From contig CM119268.1 in the NCBI GenBank assembly GCA_051294375.1, forward strand, positions 919,218 through 983,217: a stretch of DNA of 64,000 nt, given 5' to 3'. The position numbers and the translations under genes are program-made. The notes beneath the pieces are model-generated. The model was not told the DNA's origin. It did not search any database and was given only the letters and a program-made list of their open reading frames with translations. This stretch comes from Paraspadella gotoi (taxonomy: Eukaryota; Animalia; Chaetognatha). Positions 25,547-37,500 of this stretch are shown in pieces (position 1 is the stretch's first letter; each line of letters starts with the position of its first letter).

Positions 25547-26270
25547 AGGGCCACTAATTAGTATCGATCTTTAAGGTTTTTTGTTTACTCTGATCACTTT
25601 CGACACGTGTTATTAATTGGTTTTCGTGAGCAACATGATCCTTTTTTTCTCGCCTTGCTCTCTCCCTGCCCCTGCAAGGTTTATTTAGGGAGTAACGTCT
25701 CTTTCATTCTCTTTCATTTCATTTTCATTTTCATTTTCATTTCATTCTCTTTCATTCCCTTCATTTTCTTAGTTTTCAAACTCCATATTTGCGGAGTTGT
25801 TCTCACCTCGTTCCGACCTTGGATACCAGGAGTTACCAGGCCGCTTTCCTTCTTTTTTTTCAGTCCCCAGACTTTCTTTAGCACACCAATCCCTCAAGAG
25901 ACAGAGGGGAGATTTAAAAAAAAATCATTGGATTAAATTTTCATTTTGAGAATTTTATTGCGAAATATAAAAAAATACATTTTCTGAGGCGTTGTTTTTC
26001 AGATATGCTTCTTTTAAACTTAAATATTAATATCTATTTAATTTTTGAACGTCACACATCTTTCGCTTCCCATATCTTAGTCCCACATCTTTCCCATATC
26101 TTAAATCACTCCAACCCAACGCCGCCATGTTTTTTTTCTTTGCCTCCTCAAAAAGTCTAAGCGACAAATATAGACGTCAAAATGGAAATGGACAAAAAAT
26201 GGAAATTTTTTTCTTTCTCCTCTCTTTTCTTCGCCATTTTCTTTTTCTTTCTCTCTCTCTCGTACTTCCC

Positions 26271-26537
26271 TTTTTAGTTGCGCCGCGAGTCACTTTTCGG
26301 TCGGTCGGTCCGTCGTTATGTCTGTCCGTCGGTCTGTCCCACTTATATTAAAAACGCTTAAAAATTGCCTATAGTTTGTTGCTCATTTGTTAAAAATCAA
26401 ATCTAAGCGACTACTGGCGCCGCCTTTTGTTTTTAAAGAAATCTTATAATCTATAACTTATAGTATAAGGAATAAATGACATAAGTAAAAAGAAAAGTAA
26501 TGCGGCGCAACACTTTGGAATAACCGTTCCTTGTTCT
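26271..26537 (+). mobile_element. Helentron-associated interspersed element (HINE/DINE-1/Pearl-like), internally deleted copy
   Basis: 5' T-run plus AGTTGCGCCGC, a (GTCS)n microsatellite, 3' GCGGCGCAAC subterminal inverted repeat, then a GGAA-taaccg-TTCC stem-loop and T-rich end. Confidence 0.7.
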
Positions 26538-26962
26538 TTACTCTCCCCTCCCTTTTTTTTCCACTTCTCAATGGTTGCGCCCTTTGTCCCCCGAGAACGC
26601 CTAGCATCTTTTCCGGCGGGGGACGAAATTGTGGTGGGCGGATGTGGTGATTTGGTGGTTTCATTGTGGGTAATAAGTTGGAAACCACCTGAGAGTAAAA
26701 AGGCGAATTGGCATGAATCAACTAGTAGGGAGGAGAAGGGGGGATATTTTTTTGTGACGGTTTTTATGAGTGGGTAAAGAAATGTTGATCCATGGTGATT
26801 TGGCAGGGAGGGGCGTCAATGGTACGAGAAAGTAAGGTTGCAAACCAAAGGGCTAATTTGGTCATGACGCTGAGGGGCAGATGTTGTTCGTAAACCCCGA
26901 TGATCTATATTATTCTATTTTCGTTTTCTGTCGCCGTCCGAAATCTGTCGATACAAAATCCC

Positions 26963-27345
26963 TTTTTTTAGTTGCGCCGCGATTACTCGCGGAGCAACTC
27001 TATTAGTCACTTTTCGGTCGGTCCGTCGGTCGGTATGTCTCTCCGTCGGTCTGTCCCATTTACGTTAAAAAAGCTCAAAACTTGCATATAGTTGGTTGCT
27101 CATTTGTCAAGACAGGAAAAAACATCAAATCTAAGGGATTGCTAGCGGCGCCTTCAGGAAATCCGGAAACTATAAAGAATAAAAAATAAAATTCCGATGC
27201 AGTGCGGGTCAGAAATACATGGGCTAAGAAAGTTATTGTAGTCATGTCACGTCCTGTCATGTAATGTCCCGAGAAATAGATAATAATGTAATATGATAAG
27301 GCAGTCACTGCGGCGCAACACATTTGAATTACTGTTTTTGTTCTT
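26963..27345 (+). mobile_element. HINE-like element copy
   Basis: 5' hairpin AGTTGCGCCGCGA-TTAC-TCGCGGAGCAACT, GTCG/GTCC microsatellite, and 3' GCGGCGCAACAC. Confidence 0.75.
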
Positions 27346-27690
27346 TTTCATTTCTTTATTTTGTTTAATTAATATTATTTATACTCTGTATCTTTCTCCA
27401 AATTACCTTATATCTGATTCGTTAAACCAGAAAAAGTGACTAAAAATTAATCTGTTCTTATACTCTCAGGTACTAGGCTCTTAATGACTTTGCGCTGCTG
27501 AATTAGAACTTTATTTGAAAAAAAAGAAAATTTGCGGAAATGCATTGCTGATTAATCTCGATTCGAACTGGTGTTAATTGCGTGCGATTCGCGTGCGAAT
27601 CACTCTTCGTGAGTTTTTTTTTTAGTTTTCAGTTGTCGCGTTTATTTTTAAAATATTTTTAAACGCAATTTTTCCCGCAGCGATTACATC

Positions 27691-27795
27691 TATGAAATGG
27701 ATTCAACCAATGCAAAAAGTATTCATTTATTAAATAAATGAGCTATCCTTGCCCCTGGCTTTGGACAATGGATAGGTTATGGTAGTTTTAGGTTT
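27691..27795 (+). repeat. Dispersed repeat family B, diverged copy
   Basis: TATGAAATGGATTCAACCAATG...AGCTATCCTTGCCCCTGGCTTTGGACAA. Confidence 0.65.
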
Positions 27796-28665
27796 TTCTA
27801 TGTCCGGATCATGAGGAGTAGCCCCATGTTTTTTTTATTTTGCTCCCTGTTTTACTTTCTTCCCGTTTTGTTTTCCGAGTTGCCATTTTTCTCTCTCCTC
27901 TCGTTCGTTCGTTGGATCATTTAGCGACGCCATTCCTCATCGTGAGTTTCCCTTTTGAGCGTGAGACGATTTCGCGGCGAAATAGGGCGGGGGTGCTTTT
28001 CGTAACAGGCCCATGAGGCGGTCGAAGATGAAATGATCTATTGGGCGACCCAGTGATGGGGACTTCATTTCCCAAATGCTCATCGAGGTCTGCGTCTTTA
28101 ATATTAATAATAATATTAATATCATTATAACTAGTTATAACTACTTATTTATCTAACTAGTAGCTCTGTGGCGATCGGAATGTATCGCTGTTACTGTCTC
28201 GAAAAAAAAACAACCCCGATTTAGAAATTGGATAGGGGATCCTATTCGCGACTTAATGGGATAGAGGATCCGATTCGCGACTTAATGGGAACCGGGGAAA
28301 AACGTTTAAGGAAAGATAAAGAGACGTAGAGCCGCGCCTTCCATGAATGACTTTCTCCTCTACCCAGTTTTCTTTGATATCCGTCTCGTCAAGCTTTTTT
28401 CACGAATTCCTTGTTGCCTTTGAGTCGTGAGAGATTCTCGCGAGAGAGAAAGAGAGATAAAGAGAAGGCGGATTTCGCTTCGGGTATATTTATTTAGTAT
28501 TTTACTATTATTGAAACGTGTATATATCTTTTAACTTTTTTCATGACATTTCCCTAAAATACTATATAAAAAAAAAAAAATTCCCGCCATTTCCCATAAC
28601 ATTAATAACTTCTTTCCCGCGCGAAACCAATATTACGTCGGCGTCGCTCGTTATAGCGGCGATGT

Positions 28666-28716
<51 letters not shown>

Positions 28717-28948
28717 GAGAAGAAGCAATTTCGACTTCTGATCTATTTGCTTCCCACGTTTTTCAGGAAAAACGAGGTTTTTTTTTTCGAGGGTCGGAGG
28801 GAAAGGAGAGGAGGTGGTGGAGGGGGGGAAGGTTAGGGAAAGGGTCTTGAAGAAAATGAAGTCCGAAGATGGAATACATCGGGAGATTGAGTCGTCGTTT
28901 CCGACGAAGATGATGAAGTTCCACGATTGCGTTTTGAGGTGATGAAGT

Positions 28949-28991
<43 letters not shown>

Positions 28992-29638
28992 CGAAGAAGT
29001 GGGCGGGGTCGAAGGGGAAAAGCACTTATCCGGTTGACGATGGAATCTATTGCACCGAATTGCGATTGAAGCCAACGTTATGAGAGAATCAGCTTCTCTT
29101 GGTTTGGGAAAACTCTGAATTGTGCAAAAGTACCGAGAGTTCAACACTGTCTCGTTACATTGTGAAACATTGTGAAGCATTATTGTTCAAGGAGTCATTT
29201 TTGGTGGGCGGATCTACGAGACAAAGATATGAATATGAGTCTAACTTTGTTTTCCTCGTCAGCGTAAACAAACATGACGTTAGTAGTGGAGTCAAGAGAA
29301 AGCGTCATTTGTTTCCCAAGTCAAAGAGGTTCGTTTCAAAGTGTAAATAGTAAACAGTTGAAGGTTCGTTACTCGTCCGTCCTAATGAGATCGCCCTCTA
29401 ATGCGTTTTCCACTTTAATTTTGGTTTTCCATATTCCTAAAATCCCTTTTCCGCTTTTCCATTTTCCTCTTAGTAGTTTCCCACTTTTAATATTTTTCCA
29501 TTTTTTCCTTTTATCTTTACAATTTAAAGATTAGCCTAGGGAACTCTCCATGGTCTCTTTTATGGAATGTGACTAGTTTCACGAATGGGTTCTTTCTCTT
29601 CCAAAAGTCGACAAAGGGTTACGCCGTGTACATATTTC

Positions 29639-29746
29639 ATGAAATTGGTACAACCAATATAAAAATTATCTATTAATTTAATAAATAAGCTATCTTGTCC
29701 CTGACTTTTGACAATGGTGGTTCAAGGCCTCCATCATTCTTACATA
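29639..29746 (+). repeat. Dispersed repeat family B copy
   Basis: ATGAAATTGGTACAACCAATATAAAAATTATC...AGCTATCTTGTCCCTGACTTT...AAGGCCTCCATCA. Confidence 0.8.
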
Positions 29747-32045
29747 TTTCACTCTTTTATATTACTTTCCCCCCTTTTAATATTTTTGTTTTCCGCTTTC
29801 CATCTTCCATTTTTCCGTTCTCCTTCCACAATCTTTCCGCTTTCCGTTTCTCCCATTTTTCGCTCTCTCTCTTTCCCTCACAACTTCCGTATCGAATAAT
29901 ATCGTTCAACGTCAAAATTTGCATAGAAAAGGCATCAAAGACGCCGCCTCGTTGAAACGCGTCCCAACAACAAAATCGTTTATCAATTTTGTTCTCGGTG
30001 ACGCCGTGAGATTTTAGGACCCTCGAGAAAGAATTCTTTACATGTTCAAATAGCTTAATAGTTAGTTTCAATAGTTTTGTTTTCTTAGTTTTCAATTAGA
30101 CCGTGTGGAAAAGAAACTACAGCTACCCAATTTTTTTTTTGATTTTTAAAAGAAACGAATCTATTATTTTAGGTAACAAACAAATTGGAGCGCTGCAATA
30201 TGCAAATGAGATTAAATACCTCAACGAGAGAAAAAAAGTATTTGAGCTGATTTTATCCGGGCATCCCGCAATAATATGTATTGCTCTTTTTTCCAGAAGT
30301 TCTTTTATTACCCCTATTTCAACTACAAGCTTTTAACTACACACTTTTAAAGCATTTTCAATTTCTCACCCAACCTCTTCTCGATTCTCTTGATTTATAT
30401 AAAAAAATTTCCGCATTATCGTCGCATCGTTATTCTCGATCGGGGCCTCGTTATTTCTCTCTTGAAACGAGCGGGAGCTTTCCCCCCGTCCCGCTCCGCT
30501 TAATTATCGAGCCACGCCCATAATTTTTTTTCGCCCCCTCGAACGCCATATATATATAGTTGATGGCGTTTTGTTTATCCGATCTTTTGCCGGCGCGTAT
30601 GGCTCCATCAATCTTGAGAGAGAAAGAGAGAGAGAGAGACACACACACACACACAGAAAGTAAGTTGTTGGCAGCGGAAAGTCACTTACTCTCGGTCGGA
30701 CGACATTCGTTGGAGTCATTTGCCATTTTGCAGAGACGTTAAAAAAAGTAGGGTGGCTCGTTTATTATACATTAAATATGATTGAGATTAGCTACAGTCA
30801 CCAGCCCGAGATTTTTATCGAGGTATTTCCGAGCCCTTAATCGGGGTTCTCGATTGTATCAACTGCCATTCCAGTATTATCTGCAAACCCAATCGCGATA
30901 GTAGAAGTGTAGGACACCCCCATTTCTAAAGACGTCCCACTCGCTCCTCATTACGCCACGCATCTCATCTCACCAGACTCTCCAGTCTCTCCACTCTCCT
31001 CCCCGCGCGAAGTCTTAACGATGGCGAAATTGGTTCCATATTGTGGCCGTAAAAGAGAAAAGAACCCACCGTTACTCGGTCGCTATGGCAACGTTACTCG
31101 GTCGCTGTGGCGAGGATTCGCTATGTCGCCGCTAACGACGCTTCACTCGCTTTCATTTATCAAAAACGAAGGGAGAGAGAGAGAGAGGTAGAAAGAAAAA
31201 GAAACTTTAAATTTTTAACTTTGGCAACTTCATTTTCATAATTATCTTCACTTATTTTCTACTGTTTTTTATCCTTGTGATTTTTTTTTCTTTACATATT
31301 TTTTTTACGCGAGAGAACCGGGCTGCCCGCCACCGGGCTAGCCGCCACCGGGCTGACCGCCCATTGTTTTGCCCGCAACAGCGTCGGATAGTTTTTTGAT
31401 CCAAATCTCCTCGCTCTTCGTCTTCATCTCCAACTCGGTCTTCGTCGTTGACGATGAAGACTCGAACAGCGAACTAAAGGTTTAGTTTTTAATTCCAACC
31501 TTTCCATTTTTGAATCAAAAATAATACTAAAAAGGCTATTTGAAAATAATTTGATAAAAACACATAATAATTAAACCGTTTTTTTTTTTCAAACATGGAA
31601 TTCAAACCGAAAGCTTTCGCTCTCATATTCGGCCTTTGAGTCCACTGGACGTTCTCCCTCTAAAAAGCCTCTCGGGTCTTTGGAACGACTTTCATGGGGA
31701 CCGAAGGGAAAAAAAGATTCTTTCCTACTTTTATGGGGTTTTGAACGAGTTGGGGTCTGGAAGGTCTTGGGATGTAGGGGTCTGGAGGGGTCTTGGGATG
31801 TGGGGTCCAGCTTTGCATTTGGTAGTTGATTGGAGATTGACTGTTTTTAAATTTAAAACTGTAGGACAAGTAAGTCGAGATAATTTAAAATTATAAAAAA
31901 AGTTAGTGAAAGGTTTTTTTTTTTGAACGCTGAGACTTAACGATGCAGGGAAGATCTCGTTTACTGCTCGAATTTGATGCTCGACCTCTGGCGGTCGTTG
32001 ACTTAAAATCGCCGTTGCAAGCGGATTAATCTCTCTCTCTCTCTC

Positions 32046-32085
<40 letters not shown>

Positions 32086-32364
32086 AGGGGTATTTTTATA
32101 ACGAGTGAGTGTAGCCTTGAGTTTTAGAGGCTAATTTCATTTTATGAACCATAAAAAGTGATTCGGATATTTCTCACCCCCTATTTTTTCTTCTTTTTCT
32201 AGTCCTGGACGCTTCGGTCTTAAGACGCCCCGTTACGGTCCATTTCTTACCGGTTTTATGCTTTTATCGAGGAAGGTTAATCTATTCTTTTTTTGTTATG
32301 CCTTTTTTTTTTAACGCGTCCTTCCTTTTTTCTTTTTCATCGCTTTTATACTTTTCATGACCCA

Positions 32365-32456
32365 ATGATGCATCAATTCTATGATGCATCAATTCTATGA
32401 TGCATCAATTCTATGATGCATCAATTCTATGATGCATCAATTCTATGATGCATCAA
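32365..32456. repeat. 16-bp repeat (ATGATGCATCAATTCT), about 6 copies
   Basis: Direct reading. A noisy second copy is at about 36877-36995. Confidence 0.9.
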
Positions 32457-33738
32457 ATGTATGAAGCTTGCTCTTCGCAAACCCTCTTTCCTCTTTTTTT
32501 CTTCATAGAGATTTTATTTTTTTACTTTTTTTTTTCCTCCTTTCGTCTCTCGTCTCCTCTCCTCGTTTCCATCCCTAATATTTTATTTCTATTTTATCCC
32601 TAATATTTTATCTCTATTCTTTTTAATTTTCTATTCTCATCAAGTTTAATAATATTTTCTCGTTTAATATTTTCTCGTTCCATCCCATCTCCAGAATTGC
32701 CCCTTCTTCCTTCTCTCGTCAATTTTCTGCCCTGAATTATCTTTCCATATTTTTTTCTATCGATCGTTATCCCCGTTCTCTATCGATCGTTATCCCCGGT
32801 CGTTTTGGCCGCGAATTTCCCGCTCGTTTCGTTCGCGAGTGGAATTTGTTTCCTTCGTGGTGAGGATTTTGTGTGTGAGAGAGGGAGAGAAAGAAAGAAC
32901 ACAGTTAAAATTGTTTGGACTGTCAAGGAAGTTCAGTCAGTCAGTTTGACACTGAAATTTCCCTTTTCAACCAGGTTAAAGAATAACTTCGGTAGGGCGA
33001 CGAACTTTGTCCCCTTGGTAAAATATTTCATAATAAACCAATTTAATTTTTTTTTGTTAATCTGACAAATTGGATTAAAAAAAAAAATCAGAGGATGGAT
33101 AGATTATATTATATTATTATTATAGATTTGAAGAAGAAGGATCTTCGTTAATATTTATAAAATATTATGTAGTGTTAGTCAAATATATTGTCAACCCAAG
33201 TGACATTTCCACTCTTATATAATCTTTCATACTTTCCATTCAACGGCCCAACCCATTCGAATCTTAACTCTCGCCTCTCAAAAAAACTTTTTTCTCCCTT
33301 CGAATACGTTGACCTTTTTTTTCGGACGAGTGGGGGCGTGAGAAACGACATCTTTCGTCGTTATTGACGACGAATGACGATAGAGAGAGAGAGAGAGAGA
33401 GAAAGAGTAAGTAAGAGTGCGAGGGAAAGAAATCATTCCCTCTTTCAAAAAAAAAAAGGTACCCATGATTGCGCAGCGAAAATCGTCAAAAAAGCGTAGA
33501 AAAGAAAAAAAGTTGGGTACTTAACTGGCAAATCTTTGTCGCCCTCCCCCGCCACCGCGCCCCATTTTCTCTCTTTTTCGCGTGCGGCGAGACGAATGGC
33601 GATCGGGGCCGTGATTTATGTTTGGTCACGACGAAAAAGGGTCAGCCTATTTTGAAGGAATGGAAAAAGACGACGACGATGACGACGAAAAAAAAAAAAG
33701 CACAGAGAGTTTGACGATTCTCTTTTCAAACGAAACTG

Positions 33739-34112
33739 ATGGGGGAGTGACAGGCGGGGGTGTTGTACAGAGTGAGATGGGGGAGAGTGACAGGGCGGGG
33801 GTGTTGTACAGAGTGAGATGGGGAAGAGTGACAGGGGGGGTGTTGTACAGAGTAGATGGGGAAGAGTGACAGGCGGGGGTGTTGTACAGAGTGAGATGGG
33901 GAAGAGTGACAGGCGGGGGTGTTGTACAGAGTGGGATGGGGGAGAGTGGACAGGCTGGGGTGTTGTACGAGTGGGATGGGGGAGAGTGACAGGCGGGGGT
34001 GTTGTACAGAGTGGGATGGGGAGAGTGACAGGCGGGGGTGTTGTACAGAGTGAGATGGGGGAGAGTGAAGGCTGGGGTGTTGTACAGAGTGGGATGGGGG
34101 AGAGTGACAGGC
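33739..34112. repeat. 40-bp G-rich minisatellite (GTGTTGTACAGAGTGAGATGGGGAAGAGTGACAGGCGGGG), about 9 copies
   Basis: Direct reading. A noisy second copy is at about 38360-38775. Confidence 0.92.
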
Positions 34113-34399
34113 TGCGCGACGCAAAGCCTCGTTTCCCATCGGTCCGTTTCCTTTCGATCTGTTTCAAGGTCGTTTCAAGGTCACGACCTTTTTTGAATCC
34201 GACCCTCAATCCGAAACTGATTGGCGCTGATTGGCCTCCCTGATTGCTTCACTCTCGACTTTTCGCTTCGGCGTCTCCTCCATATTTTTTTTTACAATGC
34301 GTCGTAAAAAATAATCCTGATCCGATTTGTTTTTTTGACGGTCGCGTCTGGGTCAAATTTTTAATGTTTTTTTTTTACTCTTTTTCTCTTTCGCCGATT

Positions 34400-34580
34400 T
34401 CGCCGATTTGGCTTTTTCACACGGACACCTCAGAACGGACGGACGGACGGACGGAATTTTTACGTGCGAATTCGCCATCAATGGATTATATGAGCGACGA
34501 AGGTTAATAGGCCACCAAGATCTTGATTAAAAAAATACTCGAAAGAAATGAAATAAAATTAATTCGGCGCAACTAAACTA
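34400..34580 (-). mobile_element. Partial HINE-related end: CGGCGCAACTAAA terminus plus an (ACGG)n microsatellite
   Basis: Shares the TTTAGTTGCGCCG terminus and GTCC-type tetranucleotide run with the HINE copies, but the internal sequence differs. Duplicated at about 39080-39260. Confidence 0.45.
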
Positions 34581-37500
34581 GAATAAATATTAAAAAAATT
34601 AAAAAAAAGGTTTTGAATTGGCTACAAGATATATCGAGAATGCAATGGCACCGCCTCATCCGAATCGCGAATTCCGATTCCATTCTTTGATCTGATTCCA
34701 TCTTCGATGGCACAAACAAAAAGAAGAAAATAACCTCGTACTACCAAGTTAAAAAAAAACAAACCGGAAGACGAGACGCGACGCCGAAGACACGAAGGTC
34801 GCGTGGCACCAGCGAACTTTGGGAGAAACAAAAAACCCCAGATGTCAAAGTAAAACTGGATTTATGGTTTTTTCCTTGGATTCTTCTTTTTTTTCATCTC
34901 CATCTCGCGTGGTCGACACACAATAAGTTAACAATAAATAGGTTAAAATAAAAAAAAATCATATATTATATAGTAATAGACACTCGTAACACTAAGAGTC
35001 GAAACATGTACAATAATAAAAATAAAAATTGGTATTACAACGAATTTTTCGTTTCATCTCTAAACTATATAGTAATAAAATAATTTTTAAATGATTCCGT
35101 GAGCTTATCTATGAGATAAATCTTAGAACAAAGTTTTGATAAGGGATATGACAACGATTTTTATTTCAAAATGAAACGGACATGTTTCGACTCAAATACG
35201 AGTCTTCTTTTGCGCGAATTCGATGTGTGAATTTGAAGTGAAATTTTGTGTGTGTGTCTCTCTCCCCACCTTCTCAATTCCCCACCCTATCAATTACCAA
35301 AGAGACGAAGACGAGGTCGCTCCTCATGTACGCACCGTTCATTCACCCAGACTCTTCCAGGTTCTCTTCCACTCTCCTCCCGCGCGAAAGTCTTCAACGA
35401 TGGCGAAATTGGGTTCCATATTGTGGCCGTGCAATCAAAGAGAAAGAACCAACCGTTATCCGTCGCTATGGCAATCGTTACTCGCGGTCGCTGTGGCGAG
35501 GATTCGCTATGTCGCCGCTACAGGGACGCTTCCCTCGCTTGTCATGCTTCATACAGAAGACGGAAGGGAGAGGAGAGAGGAGAGGTAGACAGAAAAAGGA
35601 ATACTTTAGAATTTTTAAAGCTTTGCGCAAGCTTCCGATTTTGCATAATTATGCGCTGTCACTTATTCTTCTACTCGTTCTATGTTATCCTTGGTGAGAT
35701 TGTTTTTTTTGTCTTTTAGCTTATGCTTTTCTTTGACTCGCTAGACGAGAGGCGGCGTGCGCACGCACGGGCCTAGCCGCACCGTCTGACGGCCCATTGT
35801 TTTGCCCGCAACAGCGGTCGGACTATCTTTTGGCATAAATCTCCTCGCTCTTCGTCTTGCATCTCCAAGCAGCTCGTCGGTCTTCGTCCGGTTGACGAAT
35901 GAAGACTCGATACGAGAGAACTATAAGGTTTAGTTGTTTAATTCCAACTTTCCATCTCTTTGAATCCAAAATATAATACTAAAAAGGCTATTTGAAAATA
36001 ATTTGATAAAAACACATAATAATTAAAACCGTTGTTTTTTTTTTCTCAAACATCGGAATTGTTACACCGAAAGCTTCGCTCTCATATTCGCGGCCTTTGA
36101 GTTTCGCACCTGGACGTTCTCCCTCTACAAAAGCTCTCGGTCTTTGGAACGCTTTCATGGGGACCGAAGGGAAAAAAAGATTACTTTCCTACTTTTTGGG
36201 GTTTGAACGAGTTTGGTGGTCTGGAAGGTCTTGGGATGTAGGGGTTCTGGAGGGTCTTGGTATGTGGGGTCCAGCTTTTGCATTTGGTAGTTGATTGGAG
36301 ATTACTTGTTTTTAAATTTAAAACTGGTAGGACAAGTAAGTCAAGATAATTTAAAATTTATAAAAAAGTTAGTGGAAAGGTTTTTTGAGTTTTTGAACGC
36401 TGAGAACTTAACGGATGCAGGGAAGTATCTTCCGTTTAACTGCTCGTAATTTGAATGCTGGCGAACTCATGGCGGTTCGTTGACTAAAATTCGCCGTTGC
36501 AAAGCGGGATTTAACTCTCTCTTTCTCTCTTCTCTCTCTTGTCTTTGCTTTCTCTCTTTCTCTTTTTCTGCTCTGCTGCGTCCTCTCTCTCTCTAAGGGG
36601 TATGGTTTTATTTTTTTTATAAGCGAGTGAGTGTACGTCCTTGAGTTTTAGAGGCTTAATTTCATTTTATGAACACAGTAAAAAGTGATTCGATATTTCC
36701 TCACCCCCTATTTTTTCTCTTTTTGCTAGTCCTGGACGCTTAGGTCTTAAGACGGCCCTCGTTACGGTCCAATTTCTTACCGGTTTTTTATTGCTATTTA
36801 TCGAGGAAGGTTAATCTATTCTTTTTTTGTTATGCCCTTTTTTTTTAACGGCTTTTTATAATACTTTATCATGACCCAATGATCCATCAATTCTCTTGAT
36901 GCCATCAATTCTATGATGCATCATTCTATGATGCATCAATTCCTGTGCATCATTATGAGCATCAATTATGCATGCCAATTCTATCGATTGATCAAAATGT
37001 ATAAGCTTGCCCTATTCAGCAACCCTCTTTGCCTCTTTTTTCTTCATAGAATTTTATTTTTTTACTTTTTTTTTTCCGTCCTTTTCGTCCTCTCGTCCCT
37101 CTCCTTCGTTTTCATCCCTAATATTATTATTTCTATTTTTACTCGCTAATATTTTATCGTGCTATTCTTTTTTAATTTTCTATTGCTTCATCAGTTAATA
37201 TATTTTCTTCGTTTAATTATTTTTCTCGTTCATCCCATCTTCCAGAATTGCCCCTTCTTCCATTCTCTCCGTCAATTTTCTGCCCTGAATTATCTTTCCA
37301 TAATTTTTTTCTATCGATCGTTATCCCGCGTTCTGCTATCTGATCGTTTATCCCCGGTCGTTTTTGGGCCGCGAATTTCCCGCTCGTTTCTCGTTCGCGG
37401 CGAGTGGAATTTGGTTTCTTTCGTGGTGAGATTTTGTGTGTGAGAGGGGCAGAGAAAGAAAGAACACAGTTTAAAAAATTGTTTGACTTCATGGAAGTTC

